Shown: positions 9,831 to 20,659, counted from the first letter of the stretch. The stretch: DNA of 64,000 nt from Flavobacteriales bacterium (GCA_016703005.1 JADJCX010000033.1:297767-361766); one strand, 5' to 3'. The notes: generated from the letters alone by a model not told the origin. Made by a program: numbers and translations.

Positions 9831-11081
9831 ATGGAGAGAAAGGTGTGGCTGCTCGTGATCGTGGCATCGCTGGGCTACTTCGTGGACATCTACGACCTGG
9901 TGCTGTTCAACGTTGTGAAGAAGGAAAGCCTTGAAGCCATTGGTCTTTCCGGTGCAGCGCTGGTCGACTACGACACGTTCCTCTTCAATTGCCAGATGGG
10001 CGGTATGTTGTTGGGCGGGCTGCTATGGGGCATTCTCGGCGATAAGCGGGGGCGGGTGCAGGTGCTGTTCGGTTCCATCCTGTTGTACTCACTGGCGAAC
10101 GTGGCCAATGCGTTCGTGGTGGACACGTTCTGGTATTCGGTGTGCCGCATTGTAGCCGGTATCGGTTTAGCTGGTGAACTCGGCGCGGGCATCACCTTGG
10201 TGGTGGAGAGCATGCCTCGAACAAAGCGGGGATGGGGTACGATGATCATTGTGACGTTCGGCGCATTGGGTGCCGTCGTGGCCAGTTTGGTTGGAGGTAA
10301 GGGTGCGGCCATCGCGGCTGCGCTGGGTTTGGATGTGATGGGTTGGCAGATGGCCTATATCGTTGGCGGGGTGCTGGGCTTGGTGCTGCTGGCGCTCAGG
10401 GCTGGAGCCTTCGAAAGCGGCATGTTCAAACACGCCCAAGAGCTCACGGATATTCAGAAGGGCAACTTCTTCGCTTTGTTCCGCAGTCGGGCGAGTGCCC
10501 TGAAGTATGTGGCCTCCATCGCCATCGGCTTGCCGGTGTGGTATGTGATCGGTGTGTTGGTCAACAAAAGCAACTTGCTCGCGCCGGCGCTCGGTGTTCA
10601 GGGCGAGGTGAAGGTGGGAGAGAGCGTCATGTGGAGCTACATCGGGCTGAGCATCGGTGACCTCTTGAGCGGTGTGCTCAGTCAACTGTTGCGTAGCCGT
10701 AAAAAAGTGATCCTGCTCTATTTGGTTTTCCTGTCCGTTGCCGTTGTCGCATTTCTCTTCGACCGCGACATGTCGCTGCCATGGTTCTACATCATGTGCT
10801 TGATACTGGGTACCACCACCGGCTTTTGGGCGCTGTTCGTCACGGTCGCATCGGAACAGTTCGGAACGAACCTCCGCAGCACCGTCACCAATACGGCGCC
10901 CAACTTCGTTCGTGGGGCTGTGATCCCGATCACCTTGTCGTTCATGGCGTTGCGCGAAGGGCTCGGTGATGTGCCTGCCGCGTTGATCGTCGGGGCGGTT
11001 TGCATCGGCCTGTCGCTCTGGGCAACGCTGCATGTGGAAGAGACCTTCCACAAGGACCTGGACCACGTGGAGCCGCATTGA
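9831..11081 (+). CDS. MFS transporter
   Basis: 416 aa with about 12 predicted TM helices and an MFS-like GDKRGR motif between TM2 and TM3. Confidence 0.75.
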   Translation: MERKVWLLVIVASLGYFVDIYDLVLFNVVKKESLEAIGLSGAALVDYDTFLFNCQMGGMLLGGLLWGILGDKRGRVQVLFGSILLYSLANVANAFVVDTFWYSVCRIVAGIGLAGELGAGITLVVESMPRTKRGWGTMIIVTFGALGAVVASLVGGKGAAIAAALGLDVMGWQMAYIVGGVLGLVLLALRAGAFESGMFKHAQELTDIQKGNFFALFRSRASALKYVASIAIGLPVWYVIGVLVNKSNLLAPALGVQGEVKVGESVMWSYIGLSIGDLLSGVLSQLLRSRKKVILLYLVFLSVAVVAFLFDRDMSLPWFYIMCLILGTTTGFWALFVTVASEQFGTNLRSTVTNTAPNFVRGAVIPITLSFMALREGLGDVPAALIVGAVCIGLSLWATLHVEETFHKDLDHVEPH

Positions 11082-11176
11082 TGGTTCCCACCACTGGGCG
11101 TGGAAAGTCTGGCCGTGGCACAGCCCTTGCCTTCCGGGGGCCATCCTACTTTCGCCACCCTCAAAGTACCCCCCAC

Positions 11177-12193
11177 ATGAAACGTCTGTCCTCCTTGGTG
11201 ATCGCCCTTGCCATTCCTGCTTTCGGGCTTTTCGCGCAGACCTCCGATCTGGTCTTCTTCAGTGATGACGGTGCCGAGTTCACGTTGATCATAGACGGCG
11301 ACCGCAAGAACATGGAACCGGCCAGCCGCGTGGTGGCCACGGGCATCCGCACCGAATCACCGGTCGTGGTCATCAGCTTCGAGGACGGCAACATCCCGGA
11401 GTTGCGCAAGCCCGGCTACTTCCCGCTGGGAAAGGAGTACACCATCATGATCACCACCAACAAGAAGGGCCAGAAGGTTCTGCGCCCCACGGGAGAAGCA
11501 GTTTTGGGTACGGCCGTGAAGACCGAGCCAGCGAAGATCAAGCCCGTCGATTTCGTTGATGACAGTGTGAAGCCGGCCTCTACGGTCGGTACCACCACGA
11601 CCAGCGGTGGCGTGCAGACCACGCAAACCACCACCATCCAGCAAACCGATGCCAGTGGCGACAATGTGAACATGAACGTGGGCATCGACGTGAACGCGGT
11701 CGGTTTTGACATGAATGTGAACGTGACCGAGGGCAACGGCTCTGGCACCACTACAACCACCACCACAACTTCCACTACGACCACCGCCGTGCCGACCACA
11801 ACGGCTGTGCAGCAGCCTCGCCCGGATAAGCCGGTGCCAGTAGCTGTGCCGGTGCCTGAGCCCGTGTACTCAATGCCGGGCTACACTGGTGCTGTTGGAT
11901 GCCCTTGGCCGATGAACGACTCGGAGTACGCGAGCATGAAAGGCTCCATTGAGAGCAAGACGTTCGAAGAGAGCAAGATGACCTTGGCCAAGCAGATGCT
12001 GAAGGACCGGTGCATGACCGTTGCGCAAGTGAAGGGCTTCATGGGTCTGTTCACGTTCGAGGACAGCAAGCTCGATCTTGCCAAGTACGCCTACGACCGT
12101 ACCTACGACATCGGCAACTACTACCAGGTCAACGACATGTTCACCTTCGAGGCCAGCATCGACGAACTGAACCAGTACTTGGAGAGCAAGTAA
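11177..12193 (+). CDS. Secreted DUF4476-domain protein with a Thr-rich linker
   Basis: Signal peptide MKRLSSLVIALAIPAFGLFAQ and a poly-Thr linker. The C-terminal block (MTLAKQMLKDRCMTVAQVKGFMGLF...YQVNDMFTFEASIDEL) matches the Bacteroidota DUF4476 pattern. Confidence 0.55.
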   Translation: MKRLSSLVIALAIPAFGLFAQTSDLVFFSDDGAEFTLIIDGDRKNMEPASRVVATGIRTESPVVVISFEDGNIPELRKPGYFPLGKEYTIMITTNKKGQKVLRPTGEAVLGTAVKTEPAKIKPVDFVDDSVKPASTVGTTTTSGGVQTTQTTTIQQTDASGDNVNMNVGIDVNAVGFDMNVNVTEGNGSGTTTTTTTTSTTTTAVPTTTAVQQPRPDKPVPVAVPVPEPVYSMPGYTGAVGCPWPMNDSEYASMKGSIESKTFEESKMTLAKQMLKDRCMTVAQVKGFMGLFTFEDSKLDLAKYAYDRTYDIGNYYQVNDMFTFEASIDELNQYLESK

Positions 12194-12217
12194 GGGCCTT
12201 GATGAACTCATAGGAAC

Positions 12218-13603
12218 ATGCGCTCCATTCTGCATATCACCTTCGCTGCAGCCTGCGGAACACTGCTGCTGGTTGCCTGCAACGGCTCGAAGAGCTTGGC
12301 CAAGAAAGCGGCGCAACTCGAAGCCGGCGGCATGTACGCCGAAGCCGCTGACATGTACCTGCAATCGGTGCAACGCAGCAACACGAACGTCGATGCCAAG
12401 ATCGGCTTGAAGAAGAACGGCCAGCAGTTGTTGAACGACAAGTTGAGCACGTTCTGGAAATCAGTGAATGCCGGTGGGCAGAAGGGGGAGGCTGTTGATG
12501 CCTACCTCGCCGCCAAAGCCTATTCGGACAAAGTGGGTCGCCTTGGGGTACAGTTGGAGATCCCCGAGAATTACACCACGGATTTCAATAAGGTGAAAAG
12601 CGAGTACGTCTTGGAACTGTACGAAAAGGGGCAGGTGATGCTCGAGAACAAAGACTACGCGAACGCCGAGAAGGTCTTTGCCCGCATAGGTGAATTGGAG
12701 CCAGGTTACAAAGACACCGGAAGCCTGCAAGCAGTAGCCTATTTGGAGCCGCTATATCGGAGTGGCAAAGATGCTCTTGCGGCTGGGCAATACCGCAAAG
12801 CATACGGCGATCTCGGAAAGGTCACAGCCAAGGATGCCACGTACAAGGATGCGGCTGCATTGCGCAAAGAGTCGGTGGAGAAGGGCCGATACACCATAGC
12901 CGTTTTGCCGTTCACAGGCAATGCGAAGCAGAAGGCATTGAATGACAAGCTGCTCGCCTACGCCACCACGGCTCTTACGGAAGTCAACGATCCCTTCCTG
13001 AAGGTCGTCGACCGCGAGAACCTGCAGCGCATCCTCGACGAGCAGCGCCTCGGTTTGAGCGGAGTGGTGGATGAACAGACCGCGGTGAACGTGGGTAACC
13101 TGATGGGTGCGAAGGCCGTGTTGATGGGTACGCTGATCGACTATCGCGAAGAGACGGGTACGTTGAAGACAAGTACCAAGAGCGGGTTCGAGAGCTACCG
13201 CGTGCGCCAGTTGAACAAGGAAACCAACACTTACGAGACGATCGTGAAGTACCGCCCGGTGAAGTACACCGAGAACTTGCAGGAGAACAAGGTCGTCTTA
13301 TCGTTCAGCTACAAGATAGTCTCGTTGGAAACGGGTGAGGTACTCTTCAGCAAAGTGGTTGACGCCACTAAAGACGATCACATGTACTACGCCAGTTACG
13401 ATGGCGACAAGAACAGCTTATTGCCGGCCGGCCAGAACGGTACCGTCGACCCGAACGACGCAGCGCGGCGCAACCTGGTGCAACTGTTGAACGCGCCACG
13501 CGAGATCAAGCCCACGGCCACGCTCGGCAGCGATGCGTTGCGCGAAGGCGCGAATAACATGGCCGCAACTATCCAAGCGCAAGTGGCCAGTATCCAACAG
13601 TGA
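12218..13603 (+). CDS. CsgG/LpoB-like lipoprotein with an N-terminal TPR-like region
   Basis: Lipobox LLVACNG. The C-terminal region (LPFTGNAKQKALNDKLLAYATTALTEVNDPFLKVVDRENLQRILDEQRLGLSGVVDEQTAVNVGNLMGAKAVLMGTLIDY) resembles the CsgG/LpoB fold. Confidence 0.55.
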   Translation: MRSILHITFAAACGTLLLVACNGSKSLAKKAAQLEAGGMYAEAADMYLQSVQRSNTNVDAKIGLKKNGQQLLNDKLSTFWKSVNAGGQKGEAVDAYLAAKAYSDKVGRLGVQLEIPENYTTDFNKVKSEYVLELYEKGQVMLENKDYANAEKVFARIGELEPGYKDTGSLQAVAYLEPLYRSGKDALAAGQYRKAYGDLGKVTAKDATYKDAAALRKESVEKGRYTIAVLPFTGNAKQKALNDKLLAYATTALTEVNDPFLKVVDRENLQRILDEQRLGLSGVVDEQTAVNVGNLMGAKAVLMGTLIDYREETGTLKTSTKSGFESYRVRQLNKETNTYETIVKYRPVKYTENLQENKVVLSFSYKIVSLETGEVLFSKVVDATKDDHMYYASYDGDKNSLLPAGQNGTVDPNDAARRNLVQLLNAPREIKPTATLGSDALREGANNMAATIQAQVASIQQ

Positions 13604-15000
13604 CCGGCACGAAGCACATAGCGTGGGCAGTGATCCTGTCGGCTTCGGTGTTGCCCGGCTGTAAGAACCGGCAGAGCACGGGCACAACTGAAACCCCTGT
13701 CGAACAAGGTGCGCGTCCTGCTTGGGTGCAACAGCGTCCGTCCGGAGGCTTCGACTATATCGGTATCGGCACGGCGAACAAGAGCAGGCCTGACTGGCAG
13801 GAAGCAGCGAAGAAGAACGCGCTGAACGATCTGGCCAGCGAGATAAGCGTGAACATTGAAGGGAACTCCTTGCTCTACACCTTGGATCGGAAGTCCTCAT
13901 TCGATGAAACGTACACCAGCACGATCCAAGCGACTACGCGTGAGCAGTTGGAGGGCTACGAATTGGTAGAGACCTGGGAGAACGGTACCGAGTATTGGAC
14001 CTACTACCGGTTGGACAAGTCGAAACACGCTGCCATCAAAGCGGAGAAGAAGCGCCAAGCGTTGGCCCAAGCCTCCGACTACCACACGCGGTCGCTGGCG
14101 AGCCAAGCAGCAGGCGACCTGAAGACGGCATTCGATCTTGACATCAGGGGTTTGTTGGCGATGCATGAGTATTGGGGTGAAAGCGATATGGCCGACGTGC
14201 AGGGTAAACCAGTACCATTGGCCAATACCATCTTCGGGGACTTGCAGCAGATCACGAGCAATGTCCGCTTTCAGATACTGCCGGAGCGATGCGAGCTCAC
14301 CTTCGATAAGGATTTCCGCCGCGAAATGCTGATCAGCGCGGCACTGGTGCGGAACGGCGGGAGCACGGAACTGGCGCAGTTGCCTTTGAGTATCGTCTAT
14401 CCTGGTTCCACAGGCAAGGTGACCGAAAAGAAGAGTACCGATACGGAAGGGCGGACGCAAACCACCGTTCAGCGTGTTCAGCTGGATGCAACAGCCCCCG
14501 AACTCTTGGTGACCTTGGACATGGACGCACTGGTGAGCAAGGATCTTGATCCCGCATTCGTACGCCCGTTGCTCGCAAGCCTCACCGTACCCGAGAAACG
14601 CGCTGTTATTGAATTGCGGATGCCACGCGTGTACTTGCAAGCCGGCGAGAAGAATTTCGGCGTGGCGATGGCTGACGGCGGTTCGGCTCTGGTGTTGAAA
14701 GAAGAACTGACCAAGCGTGGATTCAGATTCGTGGAAAAGGAAAGCGAGAGCGATATGGTCCTTCGGTTGACAGGGAACACGCGCGAGGGTGGTGAGGCCA
14801 ATGGCTTCCATACCGCGTACTTGGACCTGTCCATCGCATTCAGCGAACGCCGTTCAGGTGACGTCGTTTATGAGGGTGGAAAGCAGAGCATCAAAGGTGT
14901 TCAGCTCGACTACCAGCGTGCCGGGATGGACGCATACAAGAAAGCCGGGCAGGACCTACGGAAGGAGATCATACCCGCGCTGCTTGATGCGCTGCTCTAG
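13600..15000 (+). CDS. LPP20-like domain lipoprotein (large)
   Basis: Lipobox VLPGCKN and an LPP20-like N-terminal region (WVQQRPSGGFDYIGIG...KKNALNDLASEISVNIEG). The stop overlaps the preceding gene. Confidence 0.5.
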   Translation: MTGTKHIAWAVILSASVLPGCKNRQSTGTTETPVEQGARPAWVQQRPSGGFDYIGIGTANKSRPDWQEAAKKNALNDLASEISVNIEGNSLLYTLDRKSSFDETYTSTIQATTREQLEGYELVETWENGTEYWTYYRLDKSKHAAIKAEKKRQALAQASDYHTRSLASQAAGDLKTAFDLDIRGLLAMHEYWGESDMADVQGKPVPLANTIFGDLQQITSNVRFQILPERCELTFDKDFRREMLISAALVRNGGSTELAQLPLSIVYPGSTGKVTEKKSTDTEGRTQTTVQRVQLDATAPELLVTLDMDALVSKDLDPAFVRPLLASLTVPEKRAVIELRMPRVYLQAGEKNFGVAMADGGSALVLKEELTKRGFRFVEKESESDMVLRLTGNTREGGEANGFHTAYLDLSIAFSERRSGDVVYEGGKQSIKGVQLDYQRAGMDAYKKAGQDLRKEIIPALLDALL

Positions 15001-15075
15001 CTGTTCAATGACGCAACCGACTTTGGCACACCTTTGGAAAGCCCAACACAGACGAAACACACAAACGTCCTACAC

Positions 15076-15675
15076 ATGAGAACTCCCTCCACCTTCCGCA
15101 CCGTAACGGTACTCTTCTCTGCCCTGTTGCTGTCCGGCGCGATGACCTCTTGCAAGAGCAAGAAGAAAGCCGCCGAAGCAGAAGCCAAGAACCCACCCAG
15201 CGGCGAGACCGAGGTGAAGGTGATGTGCAGCGGCCCGGAGTTCTTCACGAACAACGAATTCTTCCGTGCGAACGCAGTGGGCGAAAGCATGGACCAAATG
15301 ACATCGAAAAGCAAGGCCATTACTGCGGCCAAAGGCCAGCTCGCGAGCGACATCAACAGCAACATCAAGCGGGTGATCGACCAGTACGTTAACAGCCGCG
15401 AACTGAACAACCGCGAGGAAGTTTCCGAGCGGTTCGAGGGCCTTACCCGCGAAGTGGTGGATCAGAAGCTGAGTGGTGTGCGCACCATCTGCGAGAAGCA
15501 GGTAACGGTGAACGCCAACGGCAACTTCAAGACCTACATCGCCATCGAGTTGAGCGCCCAGGAACTGCTCGCTGCATACAACGAGCGCTTGAGCAACGAC
15601 GAGCGTCTGCGTGTGGACTACGACTATGAGAAGTTCAAGGAGACCTTCGAGAAGGAGATGGAGAAGATGAAGTAA
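15076..15675 (+). CDS. LPP20 family lipoprotein
   Basis: Lipobox MTSCKS and an LPP20 signature (EFFRANAVGES...SKAITAAKGQLASDINSNIKRVID). Confidence 0.55.
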   Translation: MRTPSTFRTVTVLFSALLLSGAMTSCKSKKKAAEAEAKNPPSGETEVKVMCSGPEFFTNNEFFRANAVGESMDQMTSKSKAITAAKGQLASDINSNIKRVIDQYVNSRELNNREEVSERFEGLTREVVDQKLSGVRTICEKQVTVNANGNFKTYIAIELSAQELLAAYNERLSNDERLRVDYDYEKFKETFEKEMEKMK

Positions 15676-15697
15676 GGGCGCCCAGAGCAAGAGGAAG

Positions 15698-15732
15698 AAG
15701 CCCCACCGGATCCCGGTGGGGCTTCTTTTTTC
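15698..15732 (+). terminator. Rho-independent terminator
   Basis: Hairpin AAGCCCCACCGG-atc-CCGGTGGGGCTT followed by TCTTTTTT. Confidence 0.75.
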
Positions 15733-15841
15733 GTTCCCGGCGCGCCATTCAATGCGCGTGTGGATAAGCAGCGCTTCGATGCGGATCCGGTCAGTGTCAA
15801 AGCCGGGGCATACAGCATCTTCGCAGCGCGATCCTAACTCG

Positions 15842-16234
15842 ATGAACAAGCGCACTCTGGCATTCGCTTCTTTGGTCCTCCTATTGGCTGTTGTCATGGG
15901 TGCTTTCGGGGCACACGGCCTCAAGAGCAGGATAGCCCCCGAAGCGCTGGCGAACTGGAAGACCGCCGTTGAGTACCAGTTCTACCATGGAATTGCCCTG
16001 CTTTGGCTGGCGGGCATCGACGCGCGGCTCACGACGAGGGTTGTCACGCTGTGTCGGACCCTGTTCCTTGGTGGGATCATCTTATTCTGTGGTTCGCTCG
16101 CGCTCTTGGCTACACGGGAGGTGTTGGGAACCTATGGCCTGACCCCGGTCCTAGGTCCGATCACCCCGCTCGGCGGCTTGTTTTTCATCGGCGGCTGGGG
16201 CGTGCTGTTGGTCGCGGCCTTGCGCAAGGGGTGA
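15842..16234 (+). CDS. DUF423 (YgdD-like) small membrane protein
   Basis: 130 aa with four TM helices and the GAFGAHGL motif. Confidence 0.65.
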   Translation: MNKRTLAFASLVLLLAVVMGAFGAHGLKSRIAPEALANWKTAVEYQFYHGIALLWLAGIDARLTTRVVTLCRTLFLGGIILFCGSLALLATREVLGTYGLTPVLGPITPLGGLFFIGGWGVLLVAALRKG

Positions 16235-16267
16235 CTTTGCGCATGGACGTCCGTTCGGTACCCGATT

Positions 16268-16276
16268 ACATTTGCC
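16268..16276 (+). promoter_or_regulatory. Bacteroidota-type -7 box (TACATTTG, TAnnTTTG consensus) upstream of pckA
   Basis: Motif about 55 nt upstream of the pckA ATG, followed by a short hairpin CGGGACGAACGTTCCCG in the leader. Confidence 0.3.
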
Positions 16277-16330
16277 GCCCGCTTTCGGGACGAACGTTCC
16301 CGGGCATACGAAGAACCAATCCACCACATC

Positions 16331-17944
16331 ATGAACGAGTTCGGTAACAAACCGAAGAACGCGGACCTGGCCAGCTTAGGACTGGGGCGTGTAGGCGAGA
16401 TCTACTGGAATCTTGAACCAGCTGAGCTGATCGAGGAGTCTATTTCCACCGGTCAGGGCATGTTCGCCGACAGCGGGGCTTTGGCGATCGATACCGGTGA
16501 ATTCACCGGCCGCAGCCCCAAGGACAAGTTCTGCGTGAGGGACACCAATACGGAGAACAGTGTGTGGTGGGGAGACGTCAACATCCCTTTCGATACTGCG
16601 AAGTTCGACTTGCTCCAGAGCAAGCTTTGCGCGTATTTCCAGGGTCGTCCGGTGTACGTGAAGGATGCCTATGCATGCGCTGATCCAAGTTTCAAACTCA
16701 ATATCCGGGTGATCGCTGAACAACCCGCCAGTGCACTATTCGCCAGCAACATGTTCCTGCGTCCGAAACGCGAAGAGATCGACAGCTTCGCCCCGGACTG
16801 GAACATCATCTGCGCGCCCGGATTCTGCGCGGATCCGGCCGTTGATGGTACGCGCCAGCACAATTTCGCGATTCTCAACTTCAGCAAGAAGACCATCCTG
16901 ATCGGGGGTACGGGTTACACCGGGGAGATCAAGAAAGGCATCTTCACCGTGCTCAACTATGTGTTGCCTCACGAGAAAGGGGTGCTAAGCATGCACTGTT
17001 CGGCCAACATCGGAAAGAGTGGTGATACTGCTGTGTTCTTCGGTTTGAGCGGCACCGGAAAGACAACATTGAGCGCCGACCCGGAACGTCACCTCATCGG
17101 CGACGATGAGCACGGTTGGAGCGCACATGGCGTATTCAACTTCGAAGGTGGTTGCTATGCGAAGTGCATCGACTTGAGCCGCGAGAAGGAACCCCAGATC
17201 TGGGATGCCATCAAATTCGGCGCATTGTTGGAGAACGTTGTGTTCAAAGAAGGAACCACCGAAGTGGACTTCGCCGATGGATCGAAGACGGAGAACACCC
17301 GTGTCAGCTACCCTATCGAGCACATCAGCAATATCGCGGTGCCCAGCAGCGGTGGGCATCCGAAGAACATTTTCTTCTTGACCTGCGATGCCAGCGGCGT
17401 TCTGCCGCCGATCAGTAAGCTCAGCGCGGGACAGGCCATGTACCACTTCATCAGTGGCTATACGGCGAAGGTTGCTGGCACCGAAGCCGGTATCACGGAG
17501 CCGAAGACAGTGTTCAGCGCCTGCTTCGGCGCACCCTTCTTGCCATTGCACCCGGGTAAGTACGCCGAGATGCTGGGTAAGAAGATGAAGGAGCACGATG
17601 TGCACATCTGGTTGGTGAACACAGGGTGGAGCGGCGGAGCCTATGGCACCGGCGAACGCATGAAGCTGAAGTTCACACGGGCGATGATCACATCGGCATT
17701 GAACGGTGAACTGGACAAGGTGGAGTACAAGCAGCACCCCGTATTCGGTGTCAGCGTCCCGACCTCATGTCCCAACGTGCCCGTTGAAGTGCTGGACCCG
17801 CGCAACACGTGGAAGAACAAGGAGGCCTACGATCAAGCAGCCGACAAGCTGGCCAAGGCGTTCAACGACAACTTCAAGAAGTACGCTGACGGTGTTAGCG
17901 CGGAGATCCTTGGCGCCGCCCCGAAGAGTGCTGTGAAGGCGTGA
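16331..17944 (+). CDS. pckA: Phosphoenolpyruvate carboxykinase (ATP)
   Basis: 537 aa with the P-loop GLSGTGKTTLS and kinase-1a region characteristic of PEPCK-ATP. Confidence 0.93.
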   Translation: MNEFGNKPKNADLASLGLGRVGEIYWNLEPAELIEESISTGQGMFADSGALAIDTGEFTGRSPKDKFCVRDTNTENSVWWGDVNIPFDTAKFDLLQSKLCAYFQGRPVYVKDAYACADPSFKLNIRVIAEQPASALFASNMFLRPKREEIDSFAPDWNIICAPGFCADPAVDGTRQHNFAILNFSKKTILIGGTGYTGEIKKGIFTVLNYVLPHEKGVLSMHCSANIGKSGDTAVFFGLSGTGKTTLSADPERHLIGDDEHGWSAHGVFNFEGGCYAKCIDLSREKEPQIWDAIKFGALLENVVFKEGTTEVDFADGSKTENTRVSYPIEHISNIAVPSSGGHPKNIFFLTCDASGVLPPISKLSAGQAMYHFISGYTAKVAGTEAGITEPKTVFSACFGAPFLPLHPGKYAEMLGKKMKEHDVHIWLVNTGWSGGAYGTGERMKLKFTRAMITSALNGELDKVEYKQHPVFGVSVPTSCPNVPVEVLDPRNTWKNKEAYDQAADKLAKAFNDNFKKYADGVSAEILGAAPKSAVKA

Positions 17945-17963
17945 TCATATGCGACCGATCGAA

Positions 17964-17996
17964 AGCCCCTGCCCGACCGGCGGGGGCTTTTTTGTG
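17964..17996 (+). terminator. Rho-independent terminator after pckA
   Basis: AAAGCCCCTGCCCGACCGGCGGGGGCTTTTTTG. Confidence 0.65.
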
Positions 17997-18088
17997 CGTT
18001 GCCATATCCAAGTCGGCGCTTCACACGACGCCCTCGGGGGTATGACAACAATGCGGTTCTCCACCGACTAACTTTCGCCGACCCACCA

Positions 18089-19546
18089 ATGCTTGATCCG
18101 CTCCGCTGGTTGATCCTTGTTGCTGCGTTCGCGGCTGTATCCGGAGCGTGTGTCGGTCAAGGCGTTGGCGACCGCACGTACTATCCGGAGGAACTGCGCG
18201 AGATCTTGAGCTGTTGCGGACCACGCATCCACGAGGCACATGCCGATCCGTACCGGTACGTGAGCCGCGCGGAGCTCGATAGGCTTTTCGATCGGTTGCG
18301 TGATGGGTTGGGTACGACGCTTTCGGTCAGTTCGTTCATCGATTCGGTTGAAGTGGTACTGCGTGCGATCGGCGATGGACACACATCGTGCGAACTGCCT
18401 CTGGAGGATGCCGCGAGACTGGAAAGGCGGATCCCGATCATGCCGATGGAACTGTCGGTTATCGATGGTGGACTATATGTTCGCCGGGATAAGATGGACT
18501 TCCGGAGCATCGCACCGGGTTCCAGGGTGCTATCGATCGATGGTATTGCTGCCGAAGAGATCATCCGGACCTTGATGGACGAAGCGATCTGCGATGGTCG
18601 ATCAAGGAACGGCGCATTGCGCTTGGTCGAGAACGACTTTGCGATCCTTCACGGAATGCGCTTCGGGTTCCGCACGGAACACAAGCTCGTTTGTGAGAAT
18701 GTACATGGCGTTCTGGAACAAGTGGTCGTGCATTCGTTGACAGGTGAAGAGATGGCCGCCACGAGGCCATCGCAAGAAGAACTGCTGCCTTGGCGTGTTA
18801 CTTTCCATGAGGACCGCTCGCTCGCTTGGGTGGAAATGACCACGCTCGATGCGATGGCGCTTGCCGATGCCGATCAGCGACCCGAGAAATTCTTGGGCGA
18901 GCTCTTGCGGGAACTGGAAAAGAAGGAAGTCGGAATACTCGTGCTCGACTTGCGTGGCGCCGCGGGCGTAGACCTTGGGATGGCCGAACAGGTGTTCGCC
19001 TTGGTTGCCCAGAAACCATTCCGTGTAGTGCAGAGCATGGCCGTGCGATCGATCACGGTGCCCACTTGGTACCGCCGCGCCGTACCGCTGGATGACTTCT
19101 ATGCTTCAGCTGGTGGCCGGTTCGCACTGGAGGAGGCGGGTCTCTATGTATTGCATCCGAACGACGAGCGCTTGAAGGACCTTCCTGCGAGCTATCGCCG
19201 GTTCGAAGGCGGGGTGTATGTGCTACAGGATGGGCTCACACGGGAAGCCGCTGCTGCCGTTGGGATCCTGGCGAAGCGCAGCGGACGTGGCAAGCTGCTG
19301 GGTGAAGAGGCTGGCACGAATTCTTTCTCGTACTGCGGAGGAAGGGAATTGCTTATAACGGCACCCAATACGGGAGTGCGGTTCACGGTGCCATTGATCC
19401 GATATGTCTTCGACGGTGCAGCATCGGGCCCCAATGAACTGGGTGAATTGCCGGACATCACGCTCCAACCCGATGCCGGTAGTCTTGTTACCGGGGAAGA
19501 TGGTATCCGCAAAGCCGCGTTGACGGTCATCGAAGGACTACGATGA
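18089..19546 (+). CDS. Secreted S41-family (C-terminal processing/tricorn-like) peptidase homolog
   Basis: Signal peptide, a PDZ-like segment (VLSIDGIAAEEII) and an S41-like core. Domain recall only. Confidence 0.45.
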   Translation: MLDPLRWLILVAAFAAVSGACVGQGVGDRTYYPEELREILSCCGPRIHEAHADPYRYVSRAELDRLFDRLRDGLGTTLSVSSFIDSVEVVLRAIGDGHTSCELPLEDAARLERRIPIMPMELSVIDGGLYVRRDKMDFRSIAPGSRVLSIDGIAAEEIIRTLMDEAICDGRSRNGALRLVENDFAILHGMRFGFRTEHKLVCENVHGVLEQVVVHSLTGEEMAATRPSQEELLPWRVTFHEDRSLAWVEMTTLDAMALADADQRPEKFLGELLRELEKKEVGILVLDLRGAAGVDLGMAEQVFALVAQKPFRVVQSMAVRSITVPTWYRRAVPLDDFYASAGGRFALEEAGLYVLHPNDERLKDLPASYRRFEGGVYVLQDGLTREAAAAVGILAKRSGRGKLLGEEAGTNSFSYCGGRELLITAPNTGVRFTVPLIRYVFDGAASGPNELGELPDITLQPDAGSLVTGEDGIRKAALTVIEGLR

Positions 19547-20659
19547 GGGATCGATTTTGGTGGGGCGCACTTGCGCTGATCAGCTGCGGTACGCCGGAAC
19601 CCGATCGTGCGTTGACGGGGGAATGGATCGAGCATCGTCCTGAGGTAGCGCAACATTTCACGGTGCTCCTGAGCGGAGCACAACGTCGATTGTTGGTGTT
19701 CGCCGATCCGCAACGTGGCGATACCATCTGATCTTGTCGTTGGGGGCAAGATCCGGGAGGGTGGTCGCTTTGCCGTTCTCAGTACTACTTACTTGCCGTA
19801 CATCACTGCACTTGGGCGTACCGGTCAAGTGTCTGGTGCAGCGCATCTGGACAAAGTGCGGGATACAGCTGCGATGCGGCTCCGCGACCTTGGAAGGATC
19901 ACCGACTTGCGTACAGCCGACGGCGTTGACCGCGAAGCGATCATGGCGATTGCTCCCGACCTGGTACTTGGCTACCCCTTCGGTCGAGAGGATGGTGTCG
20001 GGACTATCGCAGGTGTCCCGTATGTAATGGTCGCAGAGTACTTGGAGGCACATCCTTTGGGCCGAGCTGAGTGGTTGAAGTTCTTCGGGGCTTTGTTGGG
20101 GAAGGAGCGGGATGCCGATAGTCTATACGCCGGGATCGCAGAGCGCTATGCCGTTGCGAAGGCCCTGCCTGGTGGCGCGGATCGCCCCAAGGTTCTTTTC
20201 GGAAGTCAATGGAACGGACAGTGGTGGGTTCCGCCGAGCAACAGCTACATGGCGCAGTTGATCACCGATGCAGGTGGCGACTACGTCTTCGCCGACATGC
20301 AAGGAAAAGAGAACATCGCGGTGGATATGGAGACCATCCTCGCACGCGCCAGTGATGCTGATGCATGGGGTATGATCGCGGAATTGCCCCGGCATCCCAG
20401 GGTTGCTGACTTCACCGGGGGTGATGAACGCCTTCTGGTGTTGAAAGCAGTGCACGAGAACAAGCTGTTCCTTGGGAACACTTCGCGATCCGACCTTTTC
20501 GGGCAGGCGATCATTGAGCCTGATATCGTGTTGGCCGAGCTGCGGGAGATCATGCAGCCGTTTCCAGGGATCACGGATCCCAGCGGGCGGAGGCCCAAGT
20601 ACTTTGAATGGCTCAGCGGTCACATTCCCCCACCTCCCGAACAGGAGCAGGGTCAGTAA
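19543..20659 (+). pseudogene. Periplasmic binding protein of an iron-siderophore/B12-type ABC transporter (BtuF/FecB-like), frameshifted
   Basis: The lipoprotein signal peptide (MRDRFWWGALALISCG) is in frame 1 (19543-19731). The binding domain (RFAVLSTTYLPYITALG...) is in frame 2 starting at GTG 19715, with a stop in that frame at 19670. Confidence 0.55.
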
